From: Candidatus Latescibacterota bacterium
GTDB taxonomy: Bacteria; Latescibacterota; UBA2968; UBA8231
Direction: 5' to 3'
Assembly: GCA_965219385.1 (NCBI GenBank)
Contig: CBDCNM010000001.1
Coordinates: 28,976-92,975, forward strand
DNA: 64,000 bases
The position numbers and the translations under genes are program-made. The first letter of the stretch is position 1, and the number at the start of each line of letters is the position of its first letter. The notes under the pieces were generated by a model. That model saw only the letters and a program-made list of their open reading frames with translations, had not been told where the DNA came from and made no database searches. This document shows, piece by piece, positions 37,781 to 49,372 of the stretch.

Positions 37781-38593
37781 ATGCTTGAAGAGTGTAAAAT
37801 AGGGCTGATCGGAGCCGGGAACATGGGCGGGGGGCTGGTTCTGGGGCTGGTGGGAGCCGGCCGCGTCGCCGCGGCCCACATCGCCGCGACCGATCCGTTC
37901 GCGCCGGTTCTCGAGCCTTTGAGCGAGCTGGGCGTCCAGACCAGCAGCGAAACCCTGGCCGCGGTACAGGGCCGGGATGTGGTCGTCCTGGCCGTCAAAC
38001 CACAAACGGCGCCCGAAGTGCTGCGGAACATCGCTCCCCATCTCGATGGAGACCAGGTGCTGGTGTCCATTATGGCGGGCGTCGCCACGGAGAGCATCGA
38101 GGCTCAGCTCAAAACAGCCGTGCCAGTGGTTCGGGTCATGCCGCAGATGCTGGTGAGGATAGGTGCGGCCGCCTCGGGAGTCTGTGCTGGTCGACACGCT
38201 ACAGAGGCGCAGGTAGACCTGGTCCGCGCCCTCTTCGATCAGGTCGGCACTACGGTTGTGGTACCCGAAAGCCAGATGGACGCAGTGACCGGCCTTTCCG
38301 GGAGCGGCCCGGCCTATGTATACACCATCATCGAGGCCCTGGCCGATGGGGGAGTACGGGTGGGACTCTCCCGGGACACTGCCCTGAAGCTGGCGGCGCA
38401 GACCGTGCTCGGAGCCGCCGGCATGGTACTCGAAAGCGGGCAACATCCGGCCCTCCTCAAAGACCAGATCACTTCGCCGGGGGGAACCACTATTGCCGGC
38501 CTGCACAAACTGGAGGAAAAGGGCCTGCGGGATGCGCTGATCAGCGCGGTGCAGGCGGCGACGCAGCGCTCGGTGGAGCTGGGCAAACCGTGA
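37781..38593 (+). CDS. proC: Pyrroline-5-carboxylate reductase
   Basis: KIGLIGAGNMGGGL, SGSGPAYVYTIIEALADGGV, ITSPGGTTIAGL. Confidence 0.9.
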   Translation: MLEECKIGLIGAGNMGGGLVLGLVGAGRVAAAHIAATDPFAPVLEPLSELGVQTSSETLAAVQGRDVVVLAVKPQTAPEVLRNIAPHLDGDQVLVSIMAGVATESIEAQLKTAVPVVRVMPQMLVRIGAAASGVCAGRHATEAQVDLVRALFDQVGTTVVVPESQMDAVTGLSGSGPAYVYTIIEALADGGVRVGLSRDTALKLAAQTVLGAAGMVLESGQHPALLKDQITSPGGTTIAGLHKLEEKGLRDALISAVQAATQRSVELGKP

Positions 38594-39192
38594 TTGCGAT
38601 CATCGACTATGGCATGGGCAACCTGCGCAGCGTGCAGAAGGCCTTCGAATACCTGGGATACCAGGCCGTGATTACCGAGGATCCCGGGCGGGGGAAGGAT
38701 GCCAGCCATCTGGTGCTGCCCGGGGATGCGGCCTTTGGCGATGCCATGCGCAATCTGCGCGAGGCCGGCTGGATCGAGACCATTCTCAAAGCCGTCGAGC
38801 AGGGCAAACCCTTCCTGGGGATCTGCGTGGGACTGCAGCTGATGTTTACTGAAAGCCAAGAGCGGGGGCAGCACCAGGGTCTGGACCTGCTGCCCGGTAA
38901 GGTCGTGCACTTCCCCTCTTCAGAGCGGGTGCCGCAGATCGGCTGGAACCAGATTGCCATCAAAAGGCCGGTGGAGATCCTCGAAGGGGTGCCGGAAGGC
39001 AGCTTCTTTTATTTTGTCCATTCTTACTACGTGGACGCGGCCGTGGAGGAGGATTGCGTGGCCACGACCGAGTACGGGCTGGAATACACCTCCATAGCCC
39101 GGCGCGACAATCTATTCGGCGTCCAGTTCCATCCGGAGAAGAGCCAGCATATAGGTCTGAGGATCCTGGATAACTTCAGCCAACTGAATTGA
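38590..39192 (+). CDS. hisH: Imidazole glycerol phosphate synthase, glutaminase subunit
   Basis: IAIIDYGMGNLRSV, GICVGLQ catalytic Cys, VQFHPEKS. The GTG start overlaps the proC stop (GTGA). Confidence 0.92.
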   Translation: MIAIIDYGMGNLRSVQKAFEYLGYQAVITEDPGRGKDASHLVLPGDAAFGDAMRNLREAGWIETILKAVEQGKPFLGICVGLQLMFTESQERGQHQGLDLLPGKVVHFPSSERVPQIGWNQIAIKRPVEILEGVPEGSFFYFVHSYYVDAAVEEDCVATTEYGLEYTSIARRDNLFGVQFHPEKSQHIGLRILDNFSQLN

Positions 39193-39201
39193 GGGTCAAA
39201 G

Positions 39202-39975
39202 GTGTTAGCCAAGCGCATTATTCCCTGCCTGGATGTGAAAAACGGCCGCAATGTCCGCGGCGTTAAATTCTCCGCTGACCGCGATGCCGGGGATCCCGTG
39301 GAACTGGCCACCCGATACGACCGCGAGCGGGCCGACGAACTGGTATTCTACGATATCACGGCTTCGGCCGAGGGGCGCGACATCGTGATGTACCTGGTCA
39401 GAGAGGTATCCGAGCAGGTCTTTATTCCGCTCACCGTGGGCGGCGGCATCCGCGCCTTTGCGGATATCCGCCAGATCCTCAAAGGCGGGGCCGACAAGGT
39501 GTCGATCAACTCCGCGGCCGTGAACGATCCAGATATCGTCCGCCAGGGAGCGGAAAGCTTTGGCAGCCAGTGCATCGTCGGGGCCATCGATGCCCTGCGC
39601 CGCCCCCTAGCCGAGGGGGAAGAGCCCACCTGGGAGATCTACGTCAATGGCGGGCGCAAGGCGACCGGCATCGACGCCCTCGAGTGGGTGGAGGAGCTGG
39701 TGGGGCGCGGGGCCGGCGAACTGGTCCTCAACAGCATAGACGCAGACGGCACCCGGGACGGCTACGATATCGAGCTGAATCGGGCCGTGGCCGCAAGGGT
39801 GGACGTGCCCATCGTGGCGTCGGGTGGTTGCGGCAGCGACGAGCACATCTACCAGGTCCTCACCGAGGGCAGGGCCAGCGCGGCCCTGGCCGCGTCCATC
39901 TTCCACTACGGAGATTACTCCATCCCTCAGGTCAAGGATTTCCTGAAGGAGCGCGGCGTGGTAGTGCGGGAATGA
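39202..39975 (+). CDS. hisF: Imidazole glycerol phosphate synthase, cyclase subunit
   Basis: KRIIPCLDVKNGR, PLTVGGGIR, DADGTRDGYD, ASGG. Confidence 0.92.
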   Translation: MLAKRIIPCLDVKNGRNVRGVKFSADRDAGDPVELATRYDRERADELVFYDITASAEGRDIVMYLVREVSEQVFIPLTVGGGIRAFADIRQILKGGADKVSINSAAVNDPDIVRQGAESFGSQCIVGAIDALRRPLAEGEEPTWEIYVNGGRKATGIDALEWVEELVGRGAGELVLNSIDADGTRDGYDIELNRAVAARVDVPIVASGGCGSDEHIYQVLTEGRASAALAASIFHYGDYSIPQVKDFLKERGVVVRE

Positions 39976-41153
39976 AGCGGTCACTGGATGCGGCGGCGGC
40001 AATGGACCGGAGCGTCCGCATGGGTCAGGTGAAGCGCTTGGTCGTCAAGATCGGCAGCAGCAGTCTCACAGACCGTGGCGGCAAGCTCGACCGCCGGGTC
40101 ATCAAAAAGCTCGTAGAAGACGTGGCAGTCCTGCGGGCACAGGGTGTAGAGGTTTCCATTGTCACCTCGGGCGCCGTGGTTGCGGGCATGGGCCGACTGG
40201 GACTGGAGCGGCGTCCCCGGGCCATCTCCGAATTGCAGGCGGTGGCCGCTGTCGGACAAAACCTGCTGATGCATGTGTACCAAACCCTGTTCGAACAGCA
40301 CCAGGTTCCCAGCGGCCAGGTTTTGCTGACCGCCGAGGACATTCTCTACGATCGCCGGCGCTACCTGAACCTGGAGAACACCTTTCGCTGTCTTTTCGCC
40401 TACAGAGCCGTGCCCATCATCAACGAAAACGACAGCGTGGCGGTGGCGGAACTCAGGCGCACCATCGGCGAAAACGATATGCTGGCCGCCTATGTGGCCA
40501 ATATGATCGGGGCCCAACTGCTGGTTATCCTCTCGGACGTGGAGGGGATCTACACCGGTTATACTTCCAGTGTCTCAAAGGGCGAATTGATGCGCCAGGT
40601 CGAATACGGCGATCCCCAGCTCGACCAGGTGGTCGGCAAGTCCACGAGCGCCTTCGGCAGGGGAGGGATGGAGACCAAAATCCGGGCCGCCAGGTTGCTG
40701 ATGGCCTGCGGCGAGATGACCGTAATCGCCCATGCGCGCAGGCATGGTTTGGGCGCTATCCTGGCGGGAGAAGAGTTGGGCACCCTCTTCGTCCCTTCCA
40801 GGAAGCGCTTGCGGAGCCGCAAGCGCTGGATTGCTTTTGCTTCGCCCTGCAAGGGAAGCGTGGTGGTGGACAAGGGAGCCAGACGCGCCCTTACCCAACA
40901 AGGCAAAAGCCTGTTGCCGGTCGGAGTCGTCGCCTGTGAAGGCCGTTTCAGAGCCGGTGAAATGATCCGGGTAGAAGACCAACAGAGCGCGGAACTGGGC
41001 CGCGGTCTGAGCCGTTATACCTCCGACGAGATCCGCCGAATTCTGGGCAAGAGTTCGGCGGAGACCGAAAAGGTGCTGGGCCGTCCCGCCCTGGAGGTGA
41101 TTCACCGGGACGATCTGGTGCTGTTCGACCAACCCCTGTTGCCCGGAAATTGA
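39972..41153 (+). CDS. proB: Glutamate 5-kinase with PUA domain
   Basis: KRLVVKIGSSSLTD, INENDSVA, C-terminal PUA-like GSVVVDKGARRAL. ATG 39972 overlaps the hisF stop (ATGA). The track ORF 39570.. is an upstream over-extension. Confidence 0.88.
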   Translation: MKRSLDAAAAMDRSVRMGQVKRLVVKIGSSSLTDRGGKLDRRVIKKLVEDVAVLRAQGVEVSIVTSGAVVAGMGRLGLERRPRAISELQAVAAVGQNLLMHVYQTLFEQHQVPSGQVLLTAEDILYDRRRYLNLENTFRCLFAYRAVPIINENDSVAVAELRRTIGENDMLAAYVANMIGAQLLVILSDVEGIYTGYTSSVSKGELMRQVEYGDPQLDQVVGKSTSAFGRGGMETKIRAARLLMACGEMTVIAHARRHGLGAILAGEELGTLFVPSRKRLRSRKRWIAFASPCKGSVVVDKGARRALTQQGKSLLPVGVVACEGRFRAGEMIRVEDQQSAELGRGLSRYTSDEIRRILGKSSAETEKVLGRPALEVIHRDDLVLFDQPLLPGN

Positions 41154-41211
41154 ACGCTGCCCCTGCTCCCCTGGCCCCGTGCTCCCGCGGGTTCCTTATT
41201 CAGCAGACCTG

Positions 41212-41556
41212 ATGCGTTCCAGAACGACTACCAGACAACGGTCCGCGGTGGCCCGTCTGATCCACTGGAAGTTCGTGCTCTTCCTGCTGGTCCTGACTTT
41301 TCTTTTCTTCGCCTTTGGCCGTGGGGATGAAGGTTTGTACCAGCTCTGGCAAGAATGGCAGGCGCTGGAGGTGGCCCAGCAACAGGTTGCCCGCTTGCAG
41401 GCCGAAAACGACAGCCTCAGGCAGGTCCTGTGGCGTCTGGAAAACGATCTTGAATACGTGGAAAAGGTGGCGCGCGAGGAATACGGCATGAGCAAGCAGG
41501 GCGAGCGGATTTACCGCCTGCGGCACTCGACGACAAAAAAGTCAAAAAAAGACTAG
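41212..41556 (+). CDS. Septum formation initiator family protein (FtsB/DivIC-like)
   Basis: Single TM (FVLFLLVLTFLFFAF) then a coiled coil ...LQAENDSLRQVLWRLENDLEYVEKVAREEYGM. The start could also be GTG 41179. Confidence 0.7.
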   Translation: MRSRTTTRQRSAVARLIHWKFVLFLLVLTFLFFAFGRGDEGLYQLWQEWQALEVAQQQVARLQAENDSLRQVLWRLENDLEYVEKVAREEYGMSKQGERIYRLRHSTTKKSKKD

Positions 41557-41565
41557 CATTGCACC

Positions 41566-42342
41566 ATGCCGCACCTGATTGTCAAGACAAAGGCCATCGT
41601 GATGCGCAGTTGGCGCATGGGGGAGACCAGCAAACTGGTGACCCTCTACACCGAGGACTACGGCAAGGTCAAAGTCACGGCCAAAGGGGCCCGCAAACCA
41701 AGGAGTAAGTACGGGGCCGCCCTGGAGTTGTTGAGCGAGGTCCAGGCCGTCTTCTACTTTCGCGACGAGCGGGATCTGCAGACCTTGAGCGAGTGCGCTG
41801 TAGTGCGCTCGTTTCCGGACCTGGTAAAATCCCTGGAACGGCTCTCCTTTGCCAGCGCGGCGTGCGAATTGATCGACCGCCTGACCATCGAGCACGAGGC
41901 CAACAAGCGCCTCTATGGGTATCTGGCCGGAATCCTGAAGGCTCTCGAAGAGGTGGATCCGGAGCAGGTGGAAGCCCTGTTCTGGTACTTCGAGTTGCGC
42001 CTGGCCGAGGCCCTGGGGTATCGTCCGGAACTGAATCACTGCGTTTCCTGCCGCACGGGCCTGGAGGGGACCTGGCTGTGGTTCAGTCCGGCCCTGGGCG
42101 GGGGACTTTGCGAGGCCTGTGGGCGCCAGGCGGGCAACCGCATTGCCGGCGACAGCCTGAGGTTGTTGCGCCATCTCCAGAACCTCGTGGCCTATCGCAA
42201 GGAAGTCATCCCGGCGACCCCGGCGCGGGACGCCGAGATTCGCACCATGCTGCGAGGTTTTCTGGAATACCACGCCGGCGGACACGGCCGCCTCAAATCC
42301 TTCGAGTTCCTGGAGTCCATCGCCAGGGAAAAACTGGTTTAG
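41566..42342 (+). CDS. recO: DNA repair protein RecO
   Basis: N-terminal OB-fold region (KAIVMRSWRMGETSKLVTLYTEDYGKV) and zinc-finger CVSC...CEAC. Confidence 0.85.
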   Translation: MPHLIVKTKAIVMRSWRMGETSKLVTLYTEDYGKVKVTAKGARKPRSKYGAALELLSEVQAVFYFRDERDLQTLSECAVVRSFPDLVKSLERLSFASAACELIDRLTIEHEANKRLYGYLAGILKALEEVDPEQVEALFWYFELRLAEALGYRPELNHCVSCRTGLEGTWLWFSPALGGGLCEACGRQAGNRIAGDSLRLLRHLQNLVAYRKEVIPATPARDAEIRTMLRGFLEYHAGGHGRLKSFEFLESIAREKLV

Positions 42343-42357
42343 AGACTGGAGAAGTAC

Positions 42358-43715
<1,358 letters not shown>

Positions 43716-43719
<4 letters not shown>

Positions 43720-43744
43720 CCCTCTATATTTTAAATACTATAAT
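43716..43744 (+). promoter_or_regulatory. Near-consensus sigma70 promoter upstream of tRNA-Leu (and possibly tig-clpP-clpX)
   Basis: TTGACC (43716..43721), exactly 17 nt, TATAAT (43739..43744). The tRNA starts 32 nt downstream. Confidence 0.6.
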
Positions 43745-43775
43745 ATAGCGAGGTAAATACACAGTGGACTGAAAT

Positions 43776-43859
43776 GCGAAAGTGGCGAAAGTGGTAGACG
43801 CGCCAGATTTAGGATCTGGTGCCCGAAAGGGCTTGGGGGTTCGAGTCCCCCCTTTCGCA
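43776..43859 (+). tRNA. tRNA-Leu (anticodon TAG), long variable arm, no encoded CCA
   Basis: Acceptor GCGAAAG/CTTTCGC, anticodon stem CCAGA/TCTGG with loop TTTAGGA, variable arm TGCCCGAAAGGGCTT, T-arm GGGGG-TTCGAGT-CCCCC. Confidence 0.9.
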
Positions 43860-43885
43860 TGTTTGAAAAACCCAGGGTTTTGCTG

Positions 43886-45139
43886 GTGAAGACAAACGTG
43901 GTAGAAAAAGGCAAGTGGGAACGCGAGCTGGAGGTGGAAATTCCAGCAGAACAGCTGGAGGCTGAGTTTACCAAGGCCTGCAGGAGCTACCAGAAACGTC
44001 TGGAGATTCCGGGATTCCGCAAGGGTAAGGTGCCCCTGAACCTGGTCCGGAGGCGTTTCGGCGATGCCATCCGCGGCAATGTCATCAACGACATGCTGCC
44101 CAGCTGGGTGGAAGAGGCTGCCCGCGAGACCGGCCTGGTGCCGGCGGCACCGCCCCAAATAGACAAGCTGGAGTACCAGCCCGGTCAGCCTCTCACCTTC
44201 ACGGCGGTTCTGGATATCTGGCCCGAAATTGACCTGGAGAAGTACGAAGGGTTAGAGATCACTAAAATGGTCCACGAAGTGACCGAAGAAGATATAGAAA
44301 GGCAACTGGCGGAAATCCAGAACGGCCAGACGACCGAACGCTCGGTGGAGCGGTCCCTGGAAAAAGGCGATGTTCTGATCGCCGACCTGCAGCGGCTCGA
44401 CGAGGGCGGACTGCCGATCATCGGTGAAAAATTCGAAGAACGCAGTTTTATCATCGGCTCTGAAGACGCGCCCAGCCCCGAGTTCGAGGAGGAGGTACTG
44501 GGCATCCGTGCGGGCGAGGAGCGCCGGGTGCGCTTTGTCTACAGGAAGGATTTTCCAAACGAGGGGCTGGCCGGCCGGCAGGAGTTCTTCAGCGTCAGCG
44601 CCCGGGAAGTGCGGGAGCGCGAGGCGCCCGAACTGGACGATGAGTTCGCCGTGGATCTGGGAGCGCAGTTCCAGAGCCTGGAGGATCTGCGCCAGCACAT
44701 TGCCCGGGAGCTGGGACAGCAATGGGAACTCATAGGACGGCAAAAAATGCGCGGCGACCTAATCGCCGAATTGATCAAGAAGAATCCCTTTGATCTGCCC
44801 GGGAGGATAGTCGAGAACTACCTGCGCTCGCTGCACGAAGAGAGCGAGCACGGCCATAGCCACGACCACGATCGCGAATTCAGCCCTGATGAACGCACTA
44901 CAGCCGTGCGCCGGCTCAAGGGGTACCTGCTTATCGAAGCGGTGGGCAAGAAGGCCGGAATCGAGGTCAACGAGGAAGAATTCGACCAGTATCTCCAGGA
45001 GCGGGCCGAGCAAACCGGTGTAGAACTGGCCGATCTGAGGCGCTCGGGCAGGCTGGACGACCTGCGCCGGGAGTTGCGGGAGAACAGGATTTACGAGTTC
45101 CTCGGCAAACGGGCAAAAATCACGGAAGAGCCCGTCTGA
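43886..45139 (+). CDS. tig: Trigger factor
   Basis: KGKWERELEVEIPAEQLEAEF...GFRKGKVPLNLVRRRFG (ribosome-binding GFRxGxxP motif), PPIase-like middle, C-terminal arm. The start is uncertain: the track ATG 43859 overlaps the last base of the tRNA, and the in-frame GTG 43886 is chosen instead. Confidence 0.85.
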   Translation: MKTNVVEKGKWERELEVEIPAEQLEAEFTKACRSYQKRLEIPGFRKGKVPLNLVRRRFGDAIRGNVINDMLPSWVEEAARETGLVPAAPPQIDKLEYQPGQPLTFTAVLDIWPEIDLEKYEGLEITKMVHEVTEEDIERQLAEIQNGQTTERSVERSLEKGDVLIADLQRLDEGGLPIIGEKFEERSFIIGSEDAPSPEFEEEVLGIRAGEERRVRFVYRKDFPNEGLAGRQEFFSVSAREVREREAPELDDEFAVDLGAQFQSLEDLRQHIARELGQQWELIGRQKMRGDLIAELIKKNPFDLPGRIVENYLRSLHEESEHGHSHDHDREFSPDERTTAVRRLKGYLLIEAVGKKAGIEVNEEEFDQYLQERAEQTGVELADLRRSGRLDDLRRELRENRIYEFLGKRAKITEEPV

Positions 45140-45193
45140 ACGACGCGGATACCCGGGCCCTATCCGGCGCCGGGCGAGAGGATCACCCAGCAT

Positions 45194-45811
45194 ATGTCTT
45201 TGATACCTATGGTCATCGAGCAGACGGGACGGGGCGAACGCTCCTACGATATTTACTCCCGCTTGCTGAAAGAACGCATCATCTTCGTGGGCACTCCCAT
45301 CAATGACGCGATCGCCAATCTGGTGATTGCACAGATGCTATTCCTGGCTTCCGAGGACCCTCAGAAGGACATTTCCATCTATCTCAACACGCCTGGAGGA
45401 GCGGTGACTGCGGGCATGGCCATTTACGACACCATGCAATACATCAACACCGATGTCGTCACCATTTGCATCGGCCAGGCTTCCAGCATGGGCGCTGTGC
45501 TGCTGGCCGGGGGCGCCAGGGGCAAACGCCAGGCCTTGCCCAACGCGCGCATCCTGTTGCACCAGCCCATGGGAGGGATCGGCGGCCAGGCCGCGGATAT
45601 GGAGATTCACGCCAAGGAGATCATCAAGATCCGCCAGCAACTGAACGAAATTCTGGCCGCGTGTACCGGACAGTCTCTCAAACAAATCCAGCTGGACACC
45701 GAACGCGATTTTTTCATGAGTCCGGAGGCGGCCAGAGAATACGGCCTGATCGACGAAATCATAGCGCCGACGCCCAAGGTGGAATCCGAACCGGTCGGCG
45801 CATCGGGCTGA
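45194..45811 (+). CDS. clpP: ATP-dependent Clp protease proteolytic subunit
   Basis: [25 protein letters not shown] (catalytic Ser), LLHQPMGG. Confidence 0.95.
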   Translation: MSLIPMVIEQTGRGERSYDIYSRLLKERIIFVGTPINDAIANLVIAQMLFLASEDPQKDISIYLNTPGGAVTAGMAIYDTMQYINTDVVTICIGQASSMGAVLLAGGARGKRQALPNARILLHQPMGGIGGQAADMEIHAKEIIKIRQQLNEILAACTGQSLKQIQLDTERDFFMSPEAAREYGLIDEIIAPTPKVESEPVGASG

Positions 45812-45843
45812 AGCCCAGAAGTTTTTCGACAGGGGATATTGCC

Positions 45844-47091
45844 TTGCGACGACGGCCTACCAAAAACGAACCGCGTTGCTCTTTCTGCGGGCGCAGCCGG
45901 AGCCAGGTTGAAAAGATCATCGGAAGCACTTCGGTGCACATCTGCAACGAGTGCGTCAAGCTCTGCAATGATGTACTCAGCGAGGAGCAGCAGGGGACCC
46001 TGCCCTGGCTGAATAGAGAGATTCCCAAACCCACCGAGATCAAGGCCTTTCTCGCAGATTACGTGATCGGCCAGGAGCGCGCCAAGAAGATCCTCTCGGT
46101 TGCGGTCTACAACCACTATAAGCGGGTCCGTTCCACGGTCGCGCTCGAAGACATCGAACTGGAAAAAAGCAATATCCTGTTGATCGGCCCTACGGGTACG
46201 GGCAAGACCCTCCTGGCCCAGACTCTGGCCAAGGTGTTGCAGGTGCCTTTTTCAATTGCCGATGCCACCATTCTGACAGAAGCCGGATACGTGGGCGAGG
46301 ATGTGGAGAATATCCTGGTGGGTCTGCTGCAAGCGGTGGACTTCGATGTATCCCGTGCCGAAAAAGGCATCCTCTATCTGGACGAGGTGGACAAGATCGC
46401 GCGCAAAAATGCCGCCCCGGCCGTGAGTCGCGATGTTTCCGGCGAGGGGGTGCAGCAGGCCCTGCTCAAAATCATAGAGGGCACCACCGCCAATATTCCG
46501 CCCAAAGGGGGACGCAAGCATCCCGAACAGCCGATGATCCAGATGAATACCCGCAACATCCTCTTTATCTGCGGGGGCGCCTTTGAGGGGCTGGACAAGA
46601 TCGTCAGCCAGCGCGTGGGCCGGCGTACCATGGGTTTTGGCGCCGATATTGCAGCGTCCGGAGACGCGGATTCACCCGATGTTCTGACCGAGATCCAACC
46701 CGAGGATCTGCTTGCCTATGGTCTCATTCCCGAATTCGTCGGCCGCGTGCCCGTGCTCACAACCATGGATACCTTGGGCGGTGAGGATCTGTTCAAGATC
46801 CTCACCGAACCCAAGAACGCCATTGTCAAGCAAGTTCAGCGGCTGTTCGAACTGGACGGAGTGGAGCTTAAATTTACCGACGAAGCCCTGCACAAAGTGG
46901 TCGAATTGACCGCTAAAAAGGGCACGGGCGCTCGCGGCCTGCGCTCGGTGCTGGAGCAGGCCATGATGGATATCATGTACGATATTCCATCGCAAGATGG
47001 CACCAGCGAACTGGTGGTCACCGACGCGATGATCGAAGAAGGGGCGGACGATTCCGGCAACGAGGATGAGTTGCTGCGCAAGCGGGCCTGA
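45844..47091 (+). CDS. clpX: ATP-dependent Clp protease ATP-binding subunit ClpX
   Basis: Zinc finger CSFCG...CNEC, Walker [22 protein letters not shown] 45844 is preceded by AGGGGA. The track ORF 45466.. over-extends into clpP. Confidence 0.92.
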   Translation: MRRRPTKNEPRCSFCGRSRSQVEKIIGSTSVHICNECVKLCNDVLSEEQQGTLPWLNREIPKPTEIKAFLADYVIGQERAKKILSVAVYNHYKRVRSTVALEDIELEKSNILLIGPTGTGKTLLAQTLAKVLQVPFSIADATILTEAGYVGEDVENILVGLLQAVDFDVSRAEKGILYLDEVDKIARKNAAPAVSRDVSGEGVQQALLKIIEGTTANIPPKGGRKHPEQPMIQMNTRNILFICGGAFEGLDKIVSQRVGRRTMGFGADIAASGDADSPDVLTEIQPEDLLAYGLIPEFVGRVPVLTTMDTLGGEDLFKILTEPKNAIVKQVQRLFELDGVELKFTDEALHKVVELTAKKGTGARGLRSVLEQAMMDIMYDIPSQDGTSELVVTDAMIEEGADDSGNEDELLRKRA

Positions 47092-47097
47092 TCCACC

Positions 47098-47694
47098 ATG
47101 CACATTTGCTCCGCCGAATTCGTCCTGGGCGCTGCCAGCCAGGCCGACCTTCCCGCCGATGGCTTGCTCGAGGTTGCCTTCTCTGGACGTTCCAATGTAG
47201 GCAAATCCTCGCTGATCAACCGGTTGGTACAGCGCAAGAACCTGGCCCTCACCAGTTCCACGCCGGGCAAGACCCAGCAACTCAACTACTACCGCGTCAA
47301 TCACCAGTTCTACCTGGTCGACCTGCCCGGATACGGGTATGTCAGCGGAGGGGTTGGACTGCGCCAGAGGCTGGGGCGGCTCGTCGAGACCTACGTGAAG
47401 AGCCGCAGCGAACTGGCCGCCATTGTCCAGCTGGTGGATGCCCGGTGCGGTCCGACCGGGTTGGACATGCTCATGATCGAATGGCTCTTGAATCATCAGA
47501 AGCCTTTTCTATTGGTCTTCACCAAAGCGGATAAGCTGTCGCGCAACAAGTTGAACAAACAACTGAACCGGCTCGAAGCCGAGGGCAGGCTCGCAGGTAT
47601 TTCTTTTGCGCCCTTCTCGGCGGTAAGCGGGTTGGGGCGGGAGGATATCCTGGAGTGGATTTGCACCGAGACCGGGTTGCCGTCCGGCGCCTGA
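47098..47694 (+). CDS. engB: Ribosome biogenesis GTP-binding protein YsxC/EngB
   Basis: GRSNVGKSSLIN (G1), DLPGYGY (G3), TKADK (G4). Confidence 0.9.
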   Translation: MHICSAEFVLGAASQADLPADGLLEVAFSGRSNVGKSSLINRLVQRKNLALTSSTPGKTQQLNYYRVNHQFYLVDLPGYGYVSGGVGLRQRLGRLVETYVKSRSELAAIVQLVDARCGPTGLDMLMIEWLLNHQKPFLLVFTKADKLSRNKLNKQLNRLEAEGRLAGISFAPFSAVSGLGREDILEWICTETGLPSGA

Positions 47695-47715
47695 CCCAAC
47701 AAACATTAAGCAATC

Positions 47716-49296
47716 GTGAAAGTCTTGATCAGCGATAAGATGGATCCTCAGTGCGTGGAGATCCTCGAAAAGAATCCCGGTATCGAGGTGGATGTAAAGG
47801 CCGGCCTGTCCGCGGATGAGTTGAAGGCCGTCATCGGCGATTACGAAGCCCTGATCGTGCGCAGCAGTACCGTGGTGAGCGAGGAAGTTCTGCAGCAGGG
47901 GAAGCGGCTGCGGGTCGTGGGGCGGGCCGGAGTCGGGGTGGACAATATCGACGTCGAGGCGGCGACGCGGTCCGGCATCATCGTGATGAATACCCCGGGC
48001 GGCAATTCCATCTCCACGGCCGAGCACAGCTTTGCCATGCTGATCGCGCTGGCCCGCAATATTCCGCAGGCCACGGCTTCGATCAAGGACGGCAAGTGGG
48101 AGCGCAGCCAGCACACCGGCGTGGAGCTGATCGGCAAGACCCTGGGCGTCTTCGGGCTGGGCAAGGTCGGGCGCGAAGTCGCCAGTCGGGGAGTGGGGTT
48201 CAAGATGAGGGTGCTGGGCTACGACCCCTTTGTTTCCGAGGAGATGGCCCTGTCCTATGGCGCTCACCTGGCCACCCCGAAGGAGATATACGCCGAGGCG
48301 GATTTCATCACCGTGCACCTGCCTCTGACCGAGCAGACGCACCATCTCATTTCCGACGAACAGTTGAACCAGTGCAAAAACGGGGTGTACTTGATCAACT
48401 GCGCCCGCGGCGGCATTATCGACGAGGCCGCCCTCCTGCACGGCCTCGATTCGGGCAAGGTGGCCGGTGCGGCGCTGGATGTTTTTGAGCAAGAGCCGCC
48501 CACTGCGGCGGAGCTGATTGCCCACAAACGCTTGATCTGCACCCCCCATCTGGGCGCATCCACCCGGGAGGCCCAGGCCAATGTGGCCGAGCAGGTGGCC
48601 GAGCAGGTGAGCGATGTGCTCTTAGATCGGGTCATTCGCAATGCGGTGAACGTGCCCTCCCTGGAACCGGAGATCTACCAGTCCCTCCAGCCTTTTTTGA
48701 TTCTGGCGGAGCGCATGGGTCGCCTCCTGGCCCAACTCAACGAGGGACAATTGGAGCGGGTCACGATCGAGTACCACGGCGATGTAACCGCCCATCCGAC
48801 TTCGCCGCTGACCGCGGCCGTGCTCAAGGGCATCATGGAAACCTTTTCGGACGAGGCAGTCAATTTTGTCAATGCGCCGCTTTTCACCCAGGAAAGGGGG
48901 GTGCGGGTGGACGAGCTGAAAAGCAGCGAACACGAGGATTACGCCAGCCTGATTACGGTGGTATACCAGACTACCGTCTCCAGGGTAACCCTGGCCGGCA
49001 CCATTTTCGGCAAGAACGACCCGCGCCTGGTACGGCTCGATGAGTACGATTTCGACGCCGTGCCCGCCGGGCATATGCTGTTTTACGCAAACGACGATAT
49101 TCCCGGCATTATCGGGCGCATCGGCACGGTGATGGGCACCCATCAGGTGAATATCGCCCAGATGTCGTGCGGTCGCAACGAGGTGGGAGGCAAAGCGCTG
49201 ACCATCCTCAATGTGGACAGCCCGATCCCCGATGAATTGCTCGGGGAAATCGTTTCACAAAACCATATCAGCTGGGCCAAGAAGGTCAGCCTATAA
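47716..49296 (+). CDS. serA: D-3-phosphoglycerate dehydrogenase (long form with ASB and ACT domains)
   Basis: GRAGVGVDNID, GLGKVGREVA NAD motif, C-terminal ACT-like region, 526 aa. Confidence 0.9.
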   Translation: MKVLISDKMDPQCVEILEKNPGIEVDVKAGLSADELKAVIGDYEALIVRSSTVVSEEVLQQGKRLRVVGRAGVGVDNIDVEAATRSGIIVMNTPGGNSISTAEHSFAMLIALARNIPQATASIKDGKWERSQHTGVELIGKTLGVFGLGKVGREVASRGVGFKMRVLGYDPFVSEEMALSYGAHLATPKEIYAEADFITVHLPLTEQTHHLISDEQLNQCKNGVYLINCARGGIIDEAALLHGLDSGKVAGAALDVFEQEPPTAAELIAHKRLICTPHLGASTREAQANVAEQVAEQVSDVLLDRVIRNAVNVPSLEPEIYQSLQPFLILAERMGRLLAQLNEGQLERVTIEYHGDVTAHPTSPLTAAVLKGIMETFSDEAVNFVNAPLFTQERGVRVDELKSSEHEDYASLITVVYQTTVSRVTLAGTIFGKNDPRLVRLDEYDFDAVPAGHMLFYANDDIPGIIGRIGTVMGTHQVNIAQMSCGRNEVGGKALTILNVDSPIPDELLGEIVSQNHISWAKKVSL

Positions 49297-49308
49297 GAAG
49301 CCGTCTTA
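49294..49308. promoter_or_regulatory. Palindromic motif site g (TAAGAAGCCGTCTTA)
   Basis: One mismatch. Begins with the serA TAA stop, 65 nt upstream of the purA ATG. Confidence 0.5.
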
Positions 49309-49372
49309 AAATTCCTGGTGCGCCTCGAGCGCGTTTAGCGGGGATTTTCGTATAGGCTCTAAGGGGAATCCA

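Noticed and set aside
39570-39971. Upstream extensions of proB (39570..), clpX (45466..), the Ldh_2 gene (to 34572), the racemase (to 57481), the TolC gene (26616..), the CNNM gene (to 36693) and the 848-aa gene (to 10157).
   Set aside because: The extensions overlap the preceding genes or intergenic DNA and lack family similarity. Internal ATG/GTG/TTG starts with RBS-like sequences or start/stop coupling fit better.
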